The position numbers and the translations under genes were made by a program. The notes under the pieces were generated by a model. It saw only the letters and a list, made by a program, of their open reading frames with translations, was not told the DNA's origin and made no database searches. This document shows, piece by piece, positions 1 through 8,804 of a stretch of 64,000 bases of DNA (its first letter is position 1; each line of letters starts with the position of its first letter). This stretch comes from Candidatus Latescibacterota bacterium (GTDB lineage Bacteria; Latescibacterota; UBA2968; GCA-2709665): positions 320,001 to 384,000 of the forward strand of contig OZ244937.1 in NCBI GenBank assembly GCA_965222075.1. Reading direction: 5' to 3'.

Positions 1-41
1 GGCAGGCGACATGACTGTTCAATTCCGGGTCATTTCTCTCT

Positions 42-239
42 TTGCGCTTCTGCCTCTCCAATTGTATCCGTCCGTTCCCGGGTCGCATCGCTCGGCCTGT
101 TCTTTGGCTTCTCTTCATCTGCTTGTCAGGACACCTGGGTGAATCGGAAGCCTCAGCGGACGGATTCAGCGCCTTTGTTCGGAAGCCCTTTGACATTCAG
201 CGTTTGGAGACAGTTGCCCGGATCATCAGAACAGCCTGA
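42..239 (+). pseudogene. Decayed response-regulator receiver domain (C-terminal half)
   Basis: LSGH...GFSAFVRKPFDIQRL...RII closely parallels MSGH...GFNAFIQKPFDIQYL...RRII of the next ORF; N-terminal half not recognisable. Confidence 0.55.
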
Positions 240-251
240 AAAGCGCACAGG

Positions 252-311
252 CCTGCCTGCCCGCCTGCGCGCTGCGCGCGGGCAGGCGCCGGACTACGGC
301 CGGCAGGCAGG
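252..311. repeat. Nested pair of CCTGCCT...AGGCAGG palindromic elements (33 bp outer + 27 bp inner)
   Basis: cctgcctg[cccgcctgcgcgctgcgcgcgggcagg]cgccggactacggccggcaggcagg. Confidence 0.8.
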
Positions 312-686
312 GAGGTTGCCTGTATTCTCCTGGTCGAAGATGCCCCCCTGGTGGCATGGCTGGTTCCCCATGCCCTGGCGAGGGAAGGCTACATCCTCAT
401 TATCGTAGCGGACGGCAGGCAGGCGCTTTGGGTGCTGGAGCGGGAACTGCCCGATCTGATTTTGAGTGATCTCCGGCTGCCCCGCATGGACGGATGGGCG
501 CTTTTCCAGGAAGTGCGGGAGCGCTACCCGCAGGTTCCCTTCATTGCAATGTCGGGACACTCGGACAGCGAGGAGGCCACCGGGAAGGGGTTCAATGCCT
601 TTATTCAAAAGCCTTTTGACATCCAATACCTAATTATAACCGTTCGCCGGATCATCTATGAGGCAAAACAGAAAGAGCAGGACTAA
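312..686 (+). CDS. Single-domain response regulator (CheY-like receiver); start codon uncertain
   Basis: In-frame ILLVED at 324-341 upstream of the called GTG 351; PDLILSDLRLPRMDG and KPF motifs. Confidence 0.8.
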   Translation, partial: EVACILLVEDAPLVAWLVPHALAREGYILIIVADGRQALWVLERELPDLILSDLRLPRMDGWALFQEVRERYPQVPFIAMSGHSDSEEATGKGFNAFIQKPFDIQYLIITVRRIIYEAKQKEQD

Positions 687-776
687 AACCTGCGACCGTC
701 CTGGCCGATAGAACCTCATAAACCGCTATCTGTTGCTCACGATATTGATCATCACTTCTAACACGGGAGGTCCATC

Positions 777-3104
777 ATGTCTTCAACATCTTCGCTGTTC
801 AGAAAAGTTCTAATGATGCGGAAGGTTCCTTCTCTTGTCCATTTAAAGTCACACATTACGTTCGTATTGATTGTAGCCATTGGCGCGATGGCCCTGCTGG
901 CCACCGTCGAAACGGCACAGGCAGTTCCAGGTCAACCTGACAGACCGACACTTTTTGTTGATTACGATGAGGATGTTGTTGACAACTACATAGGCGCCTA
1001 CGCTGAGTTGACCGCTACGACCAACTCTGTCTCGGGTGCTGCGCGATACGAGTGGGATCTCCTGCGCGGGACGGTTTCAACAACGAGACCATCGGTAACC
1101 AGGGGCGTTTTCGTATCTGACAGCATTGCCACGGCGTCGGTCAAAGTGCGTGCGGTCGATAGCGAAGGCAACGCAGGTCAGTGGAGCAGCACAGCGTCAA
1201 CCAATATTTATTTCGCTCCACGTCCACCTATGCCGACCTTGAGCTTCGACGAAGAAGATAAGACCATTACCATATCGGTTTACGGGTACAGAGGAGCAAC
1301 GGAATACACAATCAAAATCACCGCCCCGGGCGGTAGTAAAACCAGAAAGACAGTCACCGATACGGTGTACGCCTACTCCGTGCCTTTGTCTGATCCATCA
1401 GGGACCTGGAAGGTCAGCGTGCAGGCCACGACAGCTACTCACCGTACCGCCTTCTCACGCACCGCATTATTGGCTGTGAAGGTTCCGGAACAGCCCGTCG
1501 AACTTTCGGCTGAAGCCGGCAACGGCCAGGTGACGCTTACCTGGAAGGATCCGGGCGATTCTGGTATCGCCAAATACCAACTGCAAGTGGACCACGGCGA
1601 GTGGACCGATATTGAGGGCAGCGACGCCGGCACGACCAGCCACACGGTTACGGGGCTCACCAACGGTACCAGGTATCTCTTTCAAATCCGTGCGGTGAGC
1701 AACAGCGGCGCGGGCGAGGCGTCCGACAGGGTGTTGGCGACGCCGGTGGCGTTACCGAAACCGACCGGGCTTGCCGCAACGTCCGACGACGGCCAGGTGA
1801 CGCTTACCTGGAAGGATCCGGGCGATTCTGGTATCACCAAATACCAACTGCGAGTGGACTACGGCGAGTGGACCGATATTGAGGGCAGCGACGCCGGCAC
1901 GACCAGCCACACGGTTACGGGGCTCACCAACGGTACCAGGTATCTCTTTCAAATCCGTGCGGTGAGCAACAGCGGCGCGGGCGAGGCGTCCGACAGGGTG
2001 TTGGCGACGCCGGTGGCGTTACCGAAACCGACCGGGCTTGCCGCAACGTCCGACGACGGCCAGGTGACGCTTACCTGGAAGGATCCGGGCGATTCTGGTA
2101 TCACCAAATACCAACTGCGAGTGGACTACGGCGAGTGGACCGATATTGAGGGCAGCGACGCCGGCACGACCAGCCACACGGTTACGGGGCTCACCAACGG
2201 TACCAGGTATCTCTTTCAAATCCGTGCGGTGAGCAACAGCGGCGTAGGCGAGGAATCGGACACCGTGTTGGCGTACCCGGAACCGGTTCCGGAGTTGGCG
2301 GCATCCGTACCGTCTTCGCTGACGGAGGCGACGCTGCATGGAAGCGTGGTGACGCTGAGATTGACAGGACGATCCTACTTGAACGCGGTCAGAAATAACG
2401 TGACGGTATCGGGCATTGAAGGTGTAACGTTCAGGTCGTCAACCGATGTGGATCGCGTGAGCGATACGGAGGTTACGGTGAAGCTGACGTTCAACGGCAA
2501 TATTGATTCCGATACGATGCTGGTGTTCACGGTGGGGGCAAGTGCGATAGCGGGCTATACGGGTCCCGCGCTCACGGCGGAGATTCCGGTCACTGCGGTG
2601 GCCGAATCGGTGGTCGCATCGGCTCCACAACCGTTGACAGAGGCGACGCTGCATGGGAGCGTGGTGACGCTGACGCTGAGCGGCGGCGCTTACGAGCGTT
2701 GGAACACGGTGAGAAACAACGTGACGGTATCGGGCATTGAAGGTGTAACGTTCAGGTCGTCAACCGATGTGGATCGCGTGAGCGATACGGAGGTTACGGT
2801 GAAGCTGACGTTCAACGGCAATATTGATTCCGATACGATGCTGGTGTTCACGGTGGGGGCAAGTGCGATAGCGGGCTACACCGGTCCGGCGTTCACAGCG
2901 GAGATTCCGGTCAGTGCTGACGAGGAAGCGGCGCCCGACTTTGATGGCGATGGGAGGGTTGATTTTTTCGACTTTATTCGCTTTACAGCCGTATTCGGGT
3001 CGAGTCAGGGCGATGCGAGGTACGACGCGCGGTATGATCTGGATGGGGATGGGACCATCGGGTTTGGGGATTTTCTGATCTTTGCCAACAGCTTTGGCAA
3101 ATAG
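777..3104 (+). CDS. Secreted/surface protein with fibronectin type III repeats, two Ig-like repeats and C-terminal EF-hand/dockerin-like domain
   Basis: Signal-peptide-like N-terminus; VTLTW...TVTGLTNGTRYLFQIRAV x3; DFDGDGRVDFFDF and DLDGDGTIGFGDF Ca-binding loops. Confidence 0.85.
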   Translation: MSSTSSLFRKVLMMRKVPSLVHLKSHITFVLIVAIGAMALLATVETAQAVPGQPDRPTLFVDYDEDVVDNYIGAYAELTATTNSVSGAARYEWDLLRGTVSTTRPSVTRGVFVSDSIATASVKVRAVDSEGNAGQWSSTASTNIYFAPRPPMPTLSFDEEDKTITISVYGYRGATEYTIKITAPGGSKTRKTVTDTVYAYSVPLSDPSGTWKVSVQATTATHRTAFSRTALLAVKVPEQPVELSAEAGNGQVTLTWKDPGDSGIAKYQLQVDHGEWTDIEGSDAGTTSHTVTGLTNGTRYLFQIRAVSNSGAGEASDRVLATPVALPKPTGLAATSDDGQVTLTWKDPGDSGITKYQLRVDYGEWTDIEGSDAGTTSHTVTGLTNGTRYLFQIRAVSNSGAGEASDRVLATPVALPKPTGLAATSDDGQVTLTWKDPGDSGITKYQLRVDYGEWTDIEGSDAGTTSHTVTGLTNGTRYLFQIRAVSNSGVGEESDTVLAYPEPVPELAASVPSSLTEATLHGSVVTLRLTGRSYLNAVRNNVTVSGIEGVTFRSSTDVDRVSDTEVTVKLTFNGNIDSDTMLVFTVGASAIAGYTGPALTAEIPVTAVAESVVASAPQPLTEATLHGSVVTLTLSGGAYERWNTVRNNVTVSGIEGVTFRSSTDVDRVSDTEVTVKLTFNGNIDSDTMLVFTVGASAIAGYTGPAFTAEIPVSADEEAAPDFDGDGRVDFFDFIRFTAVFGSSQGDARYDARYDLDGDGTIGFGDFLIFANSFGK
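1524..2274 (+). repeat. Three near-identical 267-bp tandem repeats (FN3 units)
   Basis: ggccaggtgacgcttacctggaaggatccg at 1524, 1791, 2058. Confidence 0.95.
2320..2915 (+). repeat. Two near-identical ~315-321 bp tandem repeats (Ig-like units)
   Basis: gaggcgacgctgcatgg at 2325/2640; gtgacggtatcgggcattgaagg at 2400/2721. Confidence 0.9.
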
Positions 3105-3394
3105 GTCCCTTCCTCTGGCAGTGACAGAGGAGGAGGTGGCGGTGGTGGCAGTAGTCAAACGTGCACTGTGAGGTTGGCGCTGAATCCGGGAGACGGATGC
3201 AGTGGCTCCGGTTACAGTCTTCGCAACGACGCAGGTGTATTGGTGGCGGACGGTACTATAGGTGGCATTACCATGAGCAATACGCGCTTCAGCGGCGGCA
3301 GTGTGCAATTGAACAGACTGCACCTGACCAGAAGCGGCAATGTCTGGACGATTGTCAGCCTGCCCTAACCGGATGTGCTTGCCAAATGGCGGCG

Positions 3395-4177
3395 TTACGG
3401 CTCGCCGTCACGCGTCACCGTCACCTTGTAGGTCCCCGTCGTCACCCCATCCTCCGCCGTCACCCGGATCTCTATCCTGTTCCTGCCGACCTGCAGGCCG
3501 TCGAACGTCACCGACTTCCGCGATGTGCCATCCATCGTGAGGCTCATACCGGTATTCCGAACCACCAGAGGGGTACCGTCCGCGGCCGTGCCGCTCTGAT
3601 TGTGCGTCATACTGGATGGATTGGAAATGGTTATCGTGACGGTTGTAGCAGTCGCTGCGACAGTTGCCTCGTACGAACTCGTGTTCCGGTCAAAAGCTGG
3701 CCGCAGTATGGAGTTTTTCGACGACACCCCGAAGAAGCCGGCCTTGCCCTCCGCCAGCGCCAGACCCGTAAGTTTCGTATCCCGGCTCGGCGCAATTCGG
3801 GTCACCGTGATGGTGTAACGCTCCGTTGCCTTTCCATCCTCGGCAGTAGCCACGAGATCCAGGGTATTCCGACCCACGGTCAGGCCGGAGACGTTCATCT
3901 TGTCGACCACGAGGGAGGACCCGCCTGCCGCAGTTCCCCTCAACCGGACGATCGTCGCCGCTTCCTTCCTCCTGACGGTGAACTTGAGACCCGTCACCCC
4001 GTAAGGGACGGCTGCCTGGTAGGTCTTTGTTTCCGGCTCAAACGTGGGTGTGAGGTTGCTCTTCGAGAGCGCCAGCGCAGTCAGCGCGGCATCGCTTCCA
4101 GGCGTGGTTGAGTCTCCGTGTGCGTCTCGTGCGGGGCCAATGCACGAGGCCGTTCCTGTTCCGTATCGGAATGACAT
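3395..4177 (-). CDS. Cadherin-like beta-sandwich domain protein (two domains); start uncertain, possibly a fragment
   Basis: SDAALTALAL...LTPTF...Y...VTAEDG..T..YT(I/V)TVTR repeated twice. Confidence 0.7.
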   Translation of the reverse strand: MSFRYGTGTASCIGPARDAHGDSTTPGSDAALTALALSKSNLTPTFEPETKTYQAAVPYGVTGLKFTVRRKEAATIVRLRGTAAGGSSLVVDKMNVSGLTVGRNTLDLVATAEDGKATERYTITVTRIAPSRDTKLTGLALAEGKAGFFGVSSKNSILRPAFDRNTSSYEATVAATATTVTITISNPSSMTHNQSGTAADGTPLVVRNTGMSLTMDGTSRKSVTFDGLQVGRNRIEIRVTAEDGVTTGTYKVTVTRDGEP

Positions 4178-4436
4178 AGCCAGGCTCCTTTCGGGATGCG
4201 AAAGCGCTCGCGATTTGCACACACCGAGGCCTGGGGTGGGGCAACCGGGTGGGTGCGGATGTTGTGTATGCATCATACGGTCTCTGGTGAAATTAAGCTG
4301 GAATAATTCGTCACAATTTTGTTTAATATAACATGCTTGAGATCACAAAAACAAAATATATTTCTCATTTAAAATCTGTATATTTACAATCTCCGGGTAG
4401 TCAACCGGCCTCAGCCAGAAATGTTGACATAAAAGG

Positions 4437-6184
4437 ATGGAGAGAAAAATGGTTGCAGACAGCGGGCGGGTGCAGCGAGAGCGACATTTGACTTCGGGCA
4501 ACGGCGCATTGCTGGTGGTCACTGACAGCGGGGGACCGTACTGGGAGCGGATGATTGTGGATGAGACGGTTCTGGTGGCGCTGGCGCATTTCGGCATGCC
4601 CTATCGGGTGCTGGATCTGGCAGGGGAACGACCGACACCGGAAGTCCTGAACCGGTGCGCAGGGATTGTTCTGGCGCAGAACGGTCTGGTGCGTGTTTGA
4701 GCGATGCGGAGACCGGTCTGATCGCCGATGCGGTTCGGAACGGCGCCGGACTGGTCAATTTCGATTACGATGTGAGGGCTTACAAGGCGCCCCTGCTGGA
4801 GATTTTTGGGTTCGAGCGGATCAACCCGCATCCCTATGCGACCAACACGGTGCGGGTTCGGGAGTGTGACCATTATATTACAGAGCTGCAATCGGCGGGA
4901 GAATTCCACGCGTTCGACCGTATGGTGACGGCGATTAGCGTGGAGAAATGGGGCGAGGAGGTGACACCGCTGGCGGACGGGATTCTGGGGAAGGAGCAGC
5001 TGGTCCATATCCGGCACCTGGCGCCGTGGAGCGCGTTTGAACCGCGCAATTTTCCCCTGGTGTTCGCCACGGAATGGGGAGAGGGGCGGGCGGTGCAGTT
5101 TACGCTGAATTCCCGGGTGTGGCGGAACGCGTTTTTCGGCCATGCAAGGGGGATGGACGATCTGTTCTGGCGGTCGATCCTGTGGACGGTGCGCAAGCCG
5201 TTTGCGGCGAACATGATTCCGCCGTTTGTGGCCATGTCGTGGGACGATTGCGAGGGGAGGCACGATTTCGCCTATGCCGATATCGCCGTTGCGCATGGGT
5301 ATGTTCCAATGCCCTCGCTGTTTGTGAAGCAGGTGCCGGAGCGGTTGTTTCCCAAAATCAGAGCGGGCCTGAAAAGCGGCAAGATCCAGTACAATACGCA
5401 TGCGCTGGATTATTACCGTTTGCTGGTCTACAATTTCGGCAAGGGGGAGTGCTCTGAGGGTGAACTGGAAGAGAATTTCGCTTTTCAGGACGCTTTCTGG
5501 AGGCAGGTGGGGGCTTATCCGGGAGCGACGCTGCGATTCCATTGGGGGGAGTACGGGGTGAGGGCGCTGCCCTTTTTGAAGGCGCGGGGCCACCGGTTTT
5601 TCTGCCCGGCCCTGCAGACCGGGCTGCATAAGGCCGATATGTGTATGCTGGACGGGTTCTGGCCGTACGGGTTGCAGACCTGTTATTACGATTATCTGCC
5701 GGATGATCACGACTTTTTCGCGTTCGCGGCCATGCTGGCCCGGCACCAGGAGGATTTTTTGACGGGGTGTACCCCCTATTTGCGGGAGAGCGAGAGGACC
5801 GATGTTGAGAAGGCGGCGGGGAATGCCGCCCTGCAGGTCCGGCACGGCCACCGCGCCGGGTTTTATGCGGAGATTGTGACGCACGAGCAGAAGTTCGACG
5901 CCCTTTCGATGGAGGAGTGGGATCGAATTTTGACCCGGGCCGATCAAATGACCGGGGGGTTTGAAAAGATCCACGCGAGCCACGACGAGATCGGGCACTA
6001 CCTGCAGGGGAAAGACGGCGTCCGGATCGCAGAGGCCACGGTAGACGGGGACAGCGTGCGCTGCAGGCTGGCAGGCAGAACCGCTGCGCCGCTGCGCCTG
6101 TCCGTATTCCGGGATGAAGGGGAGTCGGTGGCGCGTGAGTACAGGGTGATCGATGTGTTTGAGGGAGAGGCGGAGGTGGGGTGA
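4437..6184 (+). CDS. Hypothetical polysaccharide-deacetylase-like protein, split by a frameshift near 4689
   Basis: ORFs 4437-4700 and 4655-6184 join as NGL-G-ACL if one G is added to the GG run; WDD motif and His residues suggest a NodB/CE4-like fold. Confidence 0.55.
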
Positions 6185-6216
6185 GGGCCAGGAAGGGTAC
6201 AGGTGAGGATAGGCTC

Positions 6217-7149
6217 GTGGAGAAGATTCTGTTTAATATTCAGGTTGATTGTGAATCCACACAGCGGAGCATCAACGATCCTGCGCTGGGCGAGCGGTCG
6301 ATTCGGGGGCTGGGGGAGATCTTTTCGGAGACCGGGGTGGTGGGGACGTTTGTGGTGATTCCTTCGGATATCCGTGTCCACGCGGATATTTACAGGGCGC
6401 TGGAGGCTGAGGGGCACGAGGTGGGTCTGCATATCCATCCGGCGGAACAGGGATATGGTGAGTTCTTCGGGGTGTACGGGCTTGAGGAGCAGGTGAAGAT
6501 TCTGCAGGAGGGTGTGGATGTGTTTGCCGGGTGTATGGGAAAGGCGCCCGAGGCGTTCACGCCGGGCTACTTTTCGGCCAATGACCATACCTATCCGGCG
6601 CTGGAGGCGCTGGGGTTCAGGCACGGTACGGTGTCGATGCCGACCCGGAACCTGCCGCAGTGCGCCTGCGTGTGGGGCAATTCTCCGCTGGATATCCACT
6701 ATCCGCATCGGTATAACCGCAGCCTGGTGGGAGATGTCGATTTTGTGGATGTGCCGCCCACGGTGGATGTGGCGTCCCGGATGTGGGGTGGGGCGCACCC
6801 GCAGGATCTGCGCATTGAGCTGGTGGACGCCAAGAATCACTGGTACACGATTCAAAAGAATGTGGTGCGGCAGGTGGAGGCGGGGGAGGAGGTTCCGGTG
6901 AAGTATCTGAAGGCGCTGACCCACAATATTTTCGATTACAGCAGGCCGCAGGATTTCCGGAGGGAGACGATGCTGGGGGTGATTTCGGCTGTACGGGAGA
7001 TTTGCGGGCAGCAGGGCTGTGAACTCGCGCCGGCGACGGTGGCGGAGATCGCCGCAGAGTACCGCCGCAGAGTTCCCCTGCCCGAAGGCGGCGTCAAACT
7101 GGACCTGGATACCCGGGGGCGTGCGGCCTGGACGTCGAAGGAATCCTGA
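6217..7149 (+). CDS. Polysaccharide deacetylase (CE4/NodB-like) family protein
   Basis: QVDCE, GTFVV, GHEVGLHIH, FTPGYFS motifs. Confidence 0.8.
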   Translation: MEKILFNIQVDCESTQRSINDPALGERSIRGLGEIFSETGVVGTFVVIPSDIRVHADIYRALEAEGHEVGLHIHPAEQGYGEFFGVYGLEEQVKILQEGVDVFAGCMGKAPEAFTPGYFSANDHTYPALEALGFRHGTVSMPTRNLPQCACVWGNSPLDIHYPHRYNRSLVGDVDFVDVPPTVDVASRMWGGAHPQDLRIELVDAKNHWYTIQKNVVRQVEAGEEVPVKYLKALTHNIFDYSRPQDFRRETMLGVISAVREICGQQGCELAPATVAEIAAEYRRRVPLPEGGVKLDLDTRGRAAWTSKES

Positions 7150-7165
7150 CAGAGGAGGTGGTACG

Positions 7166-7903
7166 GTGGTGACGATCGATGGGTATTGTACGCTGGGTGA
7201 GGACCGGGAGTACGACCTGACGGAGACCGATCTGCTGCAGGCAATGGACGGGGCGGGGGTTGACCGGGCGGTGATTGCAGCGGTCGATCGCTGTTTGGCG
7301 GTGCACAACCGGGAGGGGAACGATTTTCTGCTGAAGGCGGCTGCGGCGCATGCAGACCGGTTGATTCCCTCCTGTTCGGCGAACCCGTGGTACGGGGATG
7401 CGGCGGTGGCGGAGTCGAAGCGGGCGATTGAAGGTGGGGCCCGACTGCTGGTGCTGCATCCGTTCGTTCAGGGGTACCAGGCGAACGACGAACTGGTCTG
7501 GCCGCTGCTTGAGGCGGCGGGGGAGGAGAAAGTTCCGGTTTACGTTCATACGGGGACGCCCGGGAATGCAACGCCGTGGCAGGTGGTGGATCTGGCCGAT
7601 CGGTATCCATCGGTGGACTTTATTATCGGGCACTGCGGGGCCACGGATTTCTGGAACGATATGGTGGAGGCCGGAAAGGCGTCCGATCGGGTCTATCTGG
7701 AGTCGTCACTGGCCAGGCCGTTTGTTTTTACCCGATATCTGGAGGAGGTGGGGGGGCACAAGGGGATTATGGGATCGTTTGCTCCGATTAATGCGTTGAC
7801 TTTTGAGTGGGAGCAGATGTACAGCGTTCTGCCGGAGGTGATGTGGCCGGATGTCTGCGGCGGCAACCTGCTCCGTTTGCTGGAAAAGCGAGGGACTTTA
7901 TGA
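7166..7903 (+). CDS. Amidohydrolase_2 family protein with degenerate HxH motif
   Basis: MDGAGVDRAV, LHP, VYVHTG, IIGHCG; N-terminal IDGYC in place of IDxHxH. Confidence 0.8.
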   Translation: MVTIDGYCTLGEDREYDLTETDLLQAMDGAGVDRAVIAAVDRCLAVHNREGNDFLLKAAAAHADRLIPSCSANPWYGDAAVAESKRAIEGGARLLVLHPFVQGYQANDELVWPLLEAAGEEKVPVYVHTGTPGNATPWQVVDLADRYPSVDFIIGHCGATDFWNDMVEAGKASDRVYLESSLARPFVFTRYLEEVGGHKGIMGSFAPINALTFEWEQMYSVLPEVMWPDVCGGNLLRLLEKRGTL

Positions 7904-8646
7904 TTGTCGATTGCCATACGCACTGGGGGATGGTCTGGGAAGACCGGGACCGGGGCGATCCTGCCCGCTGGCTTGAGGTGCTGGACAGACACGGCGTGGA
8001 CAGGGCATTCCTGCTGGGGCACTACAATCTGCATCGTTGCGATAAGGCCCGGGAGGATAACGATCGGCTGGCAAATATTACGGCCCGGGGTCCGGACCGT
8101 TTTATCCCTTTTGGTACGGTCTGGCCGCAGATGGGCAGGGATGCGGTTGAGGAGGTCCGACGCTGTATTGAGGATCTGGGCCTGAAGGGCTTAAAGTTTC
8201 ACCCCTGGTTGCAGGGGTTCAGCACGGGCGATCCGGTGTTCGGCGAGATCTGCGGATTGGCCGGTGAGCTTGGCGTGCCGGTTTTTTTCCACGACGGTAC
8301 CCCGTGTTACAGCGTTTCGGAACAGATCGGGGGCCTGGCGCGCCGGTTTCCCGGCACCCGGCTGGTGCTGGGGCATTCGGGGTTGTTGTGGAATTGGCGC
8401 AGCGCGCTGGAGGCGGTGAGGCACCCCAATGTGTGGGCCTGTTTGTGCGGACCCCACATGCGGGCGGTTGAGGTTTTCTGCCAGCGGGCGGATCCGGACC
8501 GGCTTTTGTGGGGGACGGATTTCGGGTTCGGTTTTTCGGATCCGATAGACTACCGGCTGAATCTGGTCCTGCAGGCGAAGATTGACGATTCGCTGCGGGA
8601 AAGGATTCTGGGGGTCAACCCGCTGCGGCTGCTGGAAGAAGCGTGA
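7900..8646 (+). CDS. Amidohydrolase_2 family protein
   Basis: IVDCHTH, GLKFHP, FFHDG, LGHSG, LLWGTDF, ILGVN. Confidence 0.9.
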   Translation: MIVDCHTHWGMVWEDRDRGDPARWLEVLDRHGVDRAFLLGHYNLHRCDKAREDNDRLANITARGPDRFIPFGTVWPQMGRDAVEEVRRCIEDLGLKGLKFHPWLQGFSTGDPVFGEICGLAGELGVPVFFHDGTPCYSVSEQIGGLARRFPGTRLVLGHSGLLWNWRSALEAVRHPNVWACLCGPHMRAVEVFCQRADPDRLLWGTDFGFGFSDPIDYRLNLVLQAKIDDSLRERILGVNPLRLLEEA

Positions 8647-8804
8647 GAAGGGGCGAACCCGCCTATGAGAGGCGAGGGGCGCGTAGCCTCGACCTGCTTA
8701 AATTCGCCTCAAATTGGTCTTGACTTTGGGGTCCACTTCATTCAAATTGGCCACTGGCAGATTGACGCACAAAAGCGGATCGATCTTTTAAAGCCGGGAA
8801 CCAG

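Noticed and set aside
414-422. GGCAGGCAGG inside the response regulator
   Set aside because: Encodes the normal ADGRQAL receiver motif and has no partner arm
1524-2274. Regularly spaced repeats as a CRISPR array
   Set aside because: Units are 267 bp, contiguous, in frame and encode FN3 domains; no spacers or cas genes
3161-4111. 316-aa plus-strand ORF
   Set aside because: Arg-rich antisense shadow of the cadherin-like gene
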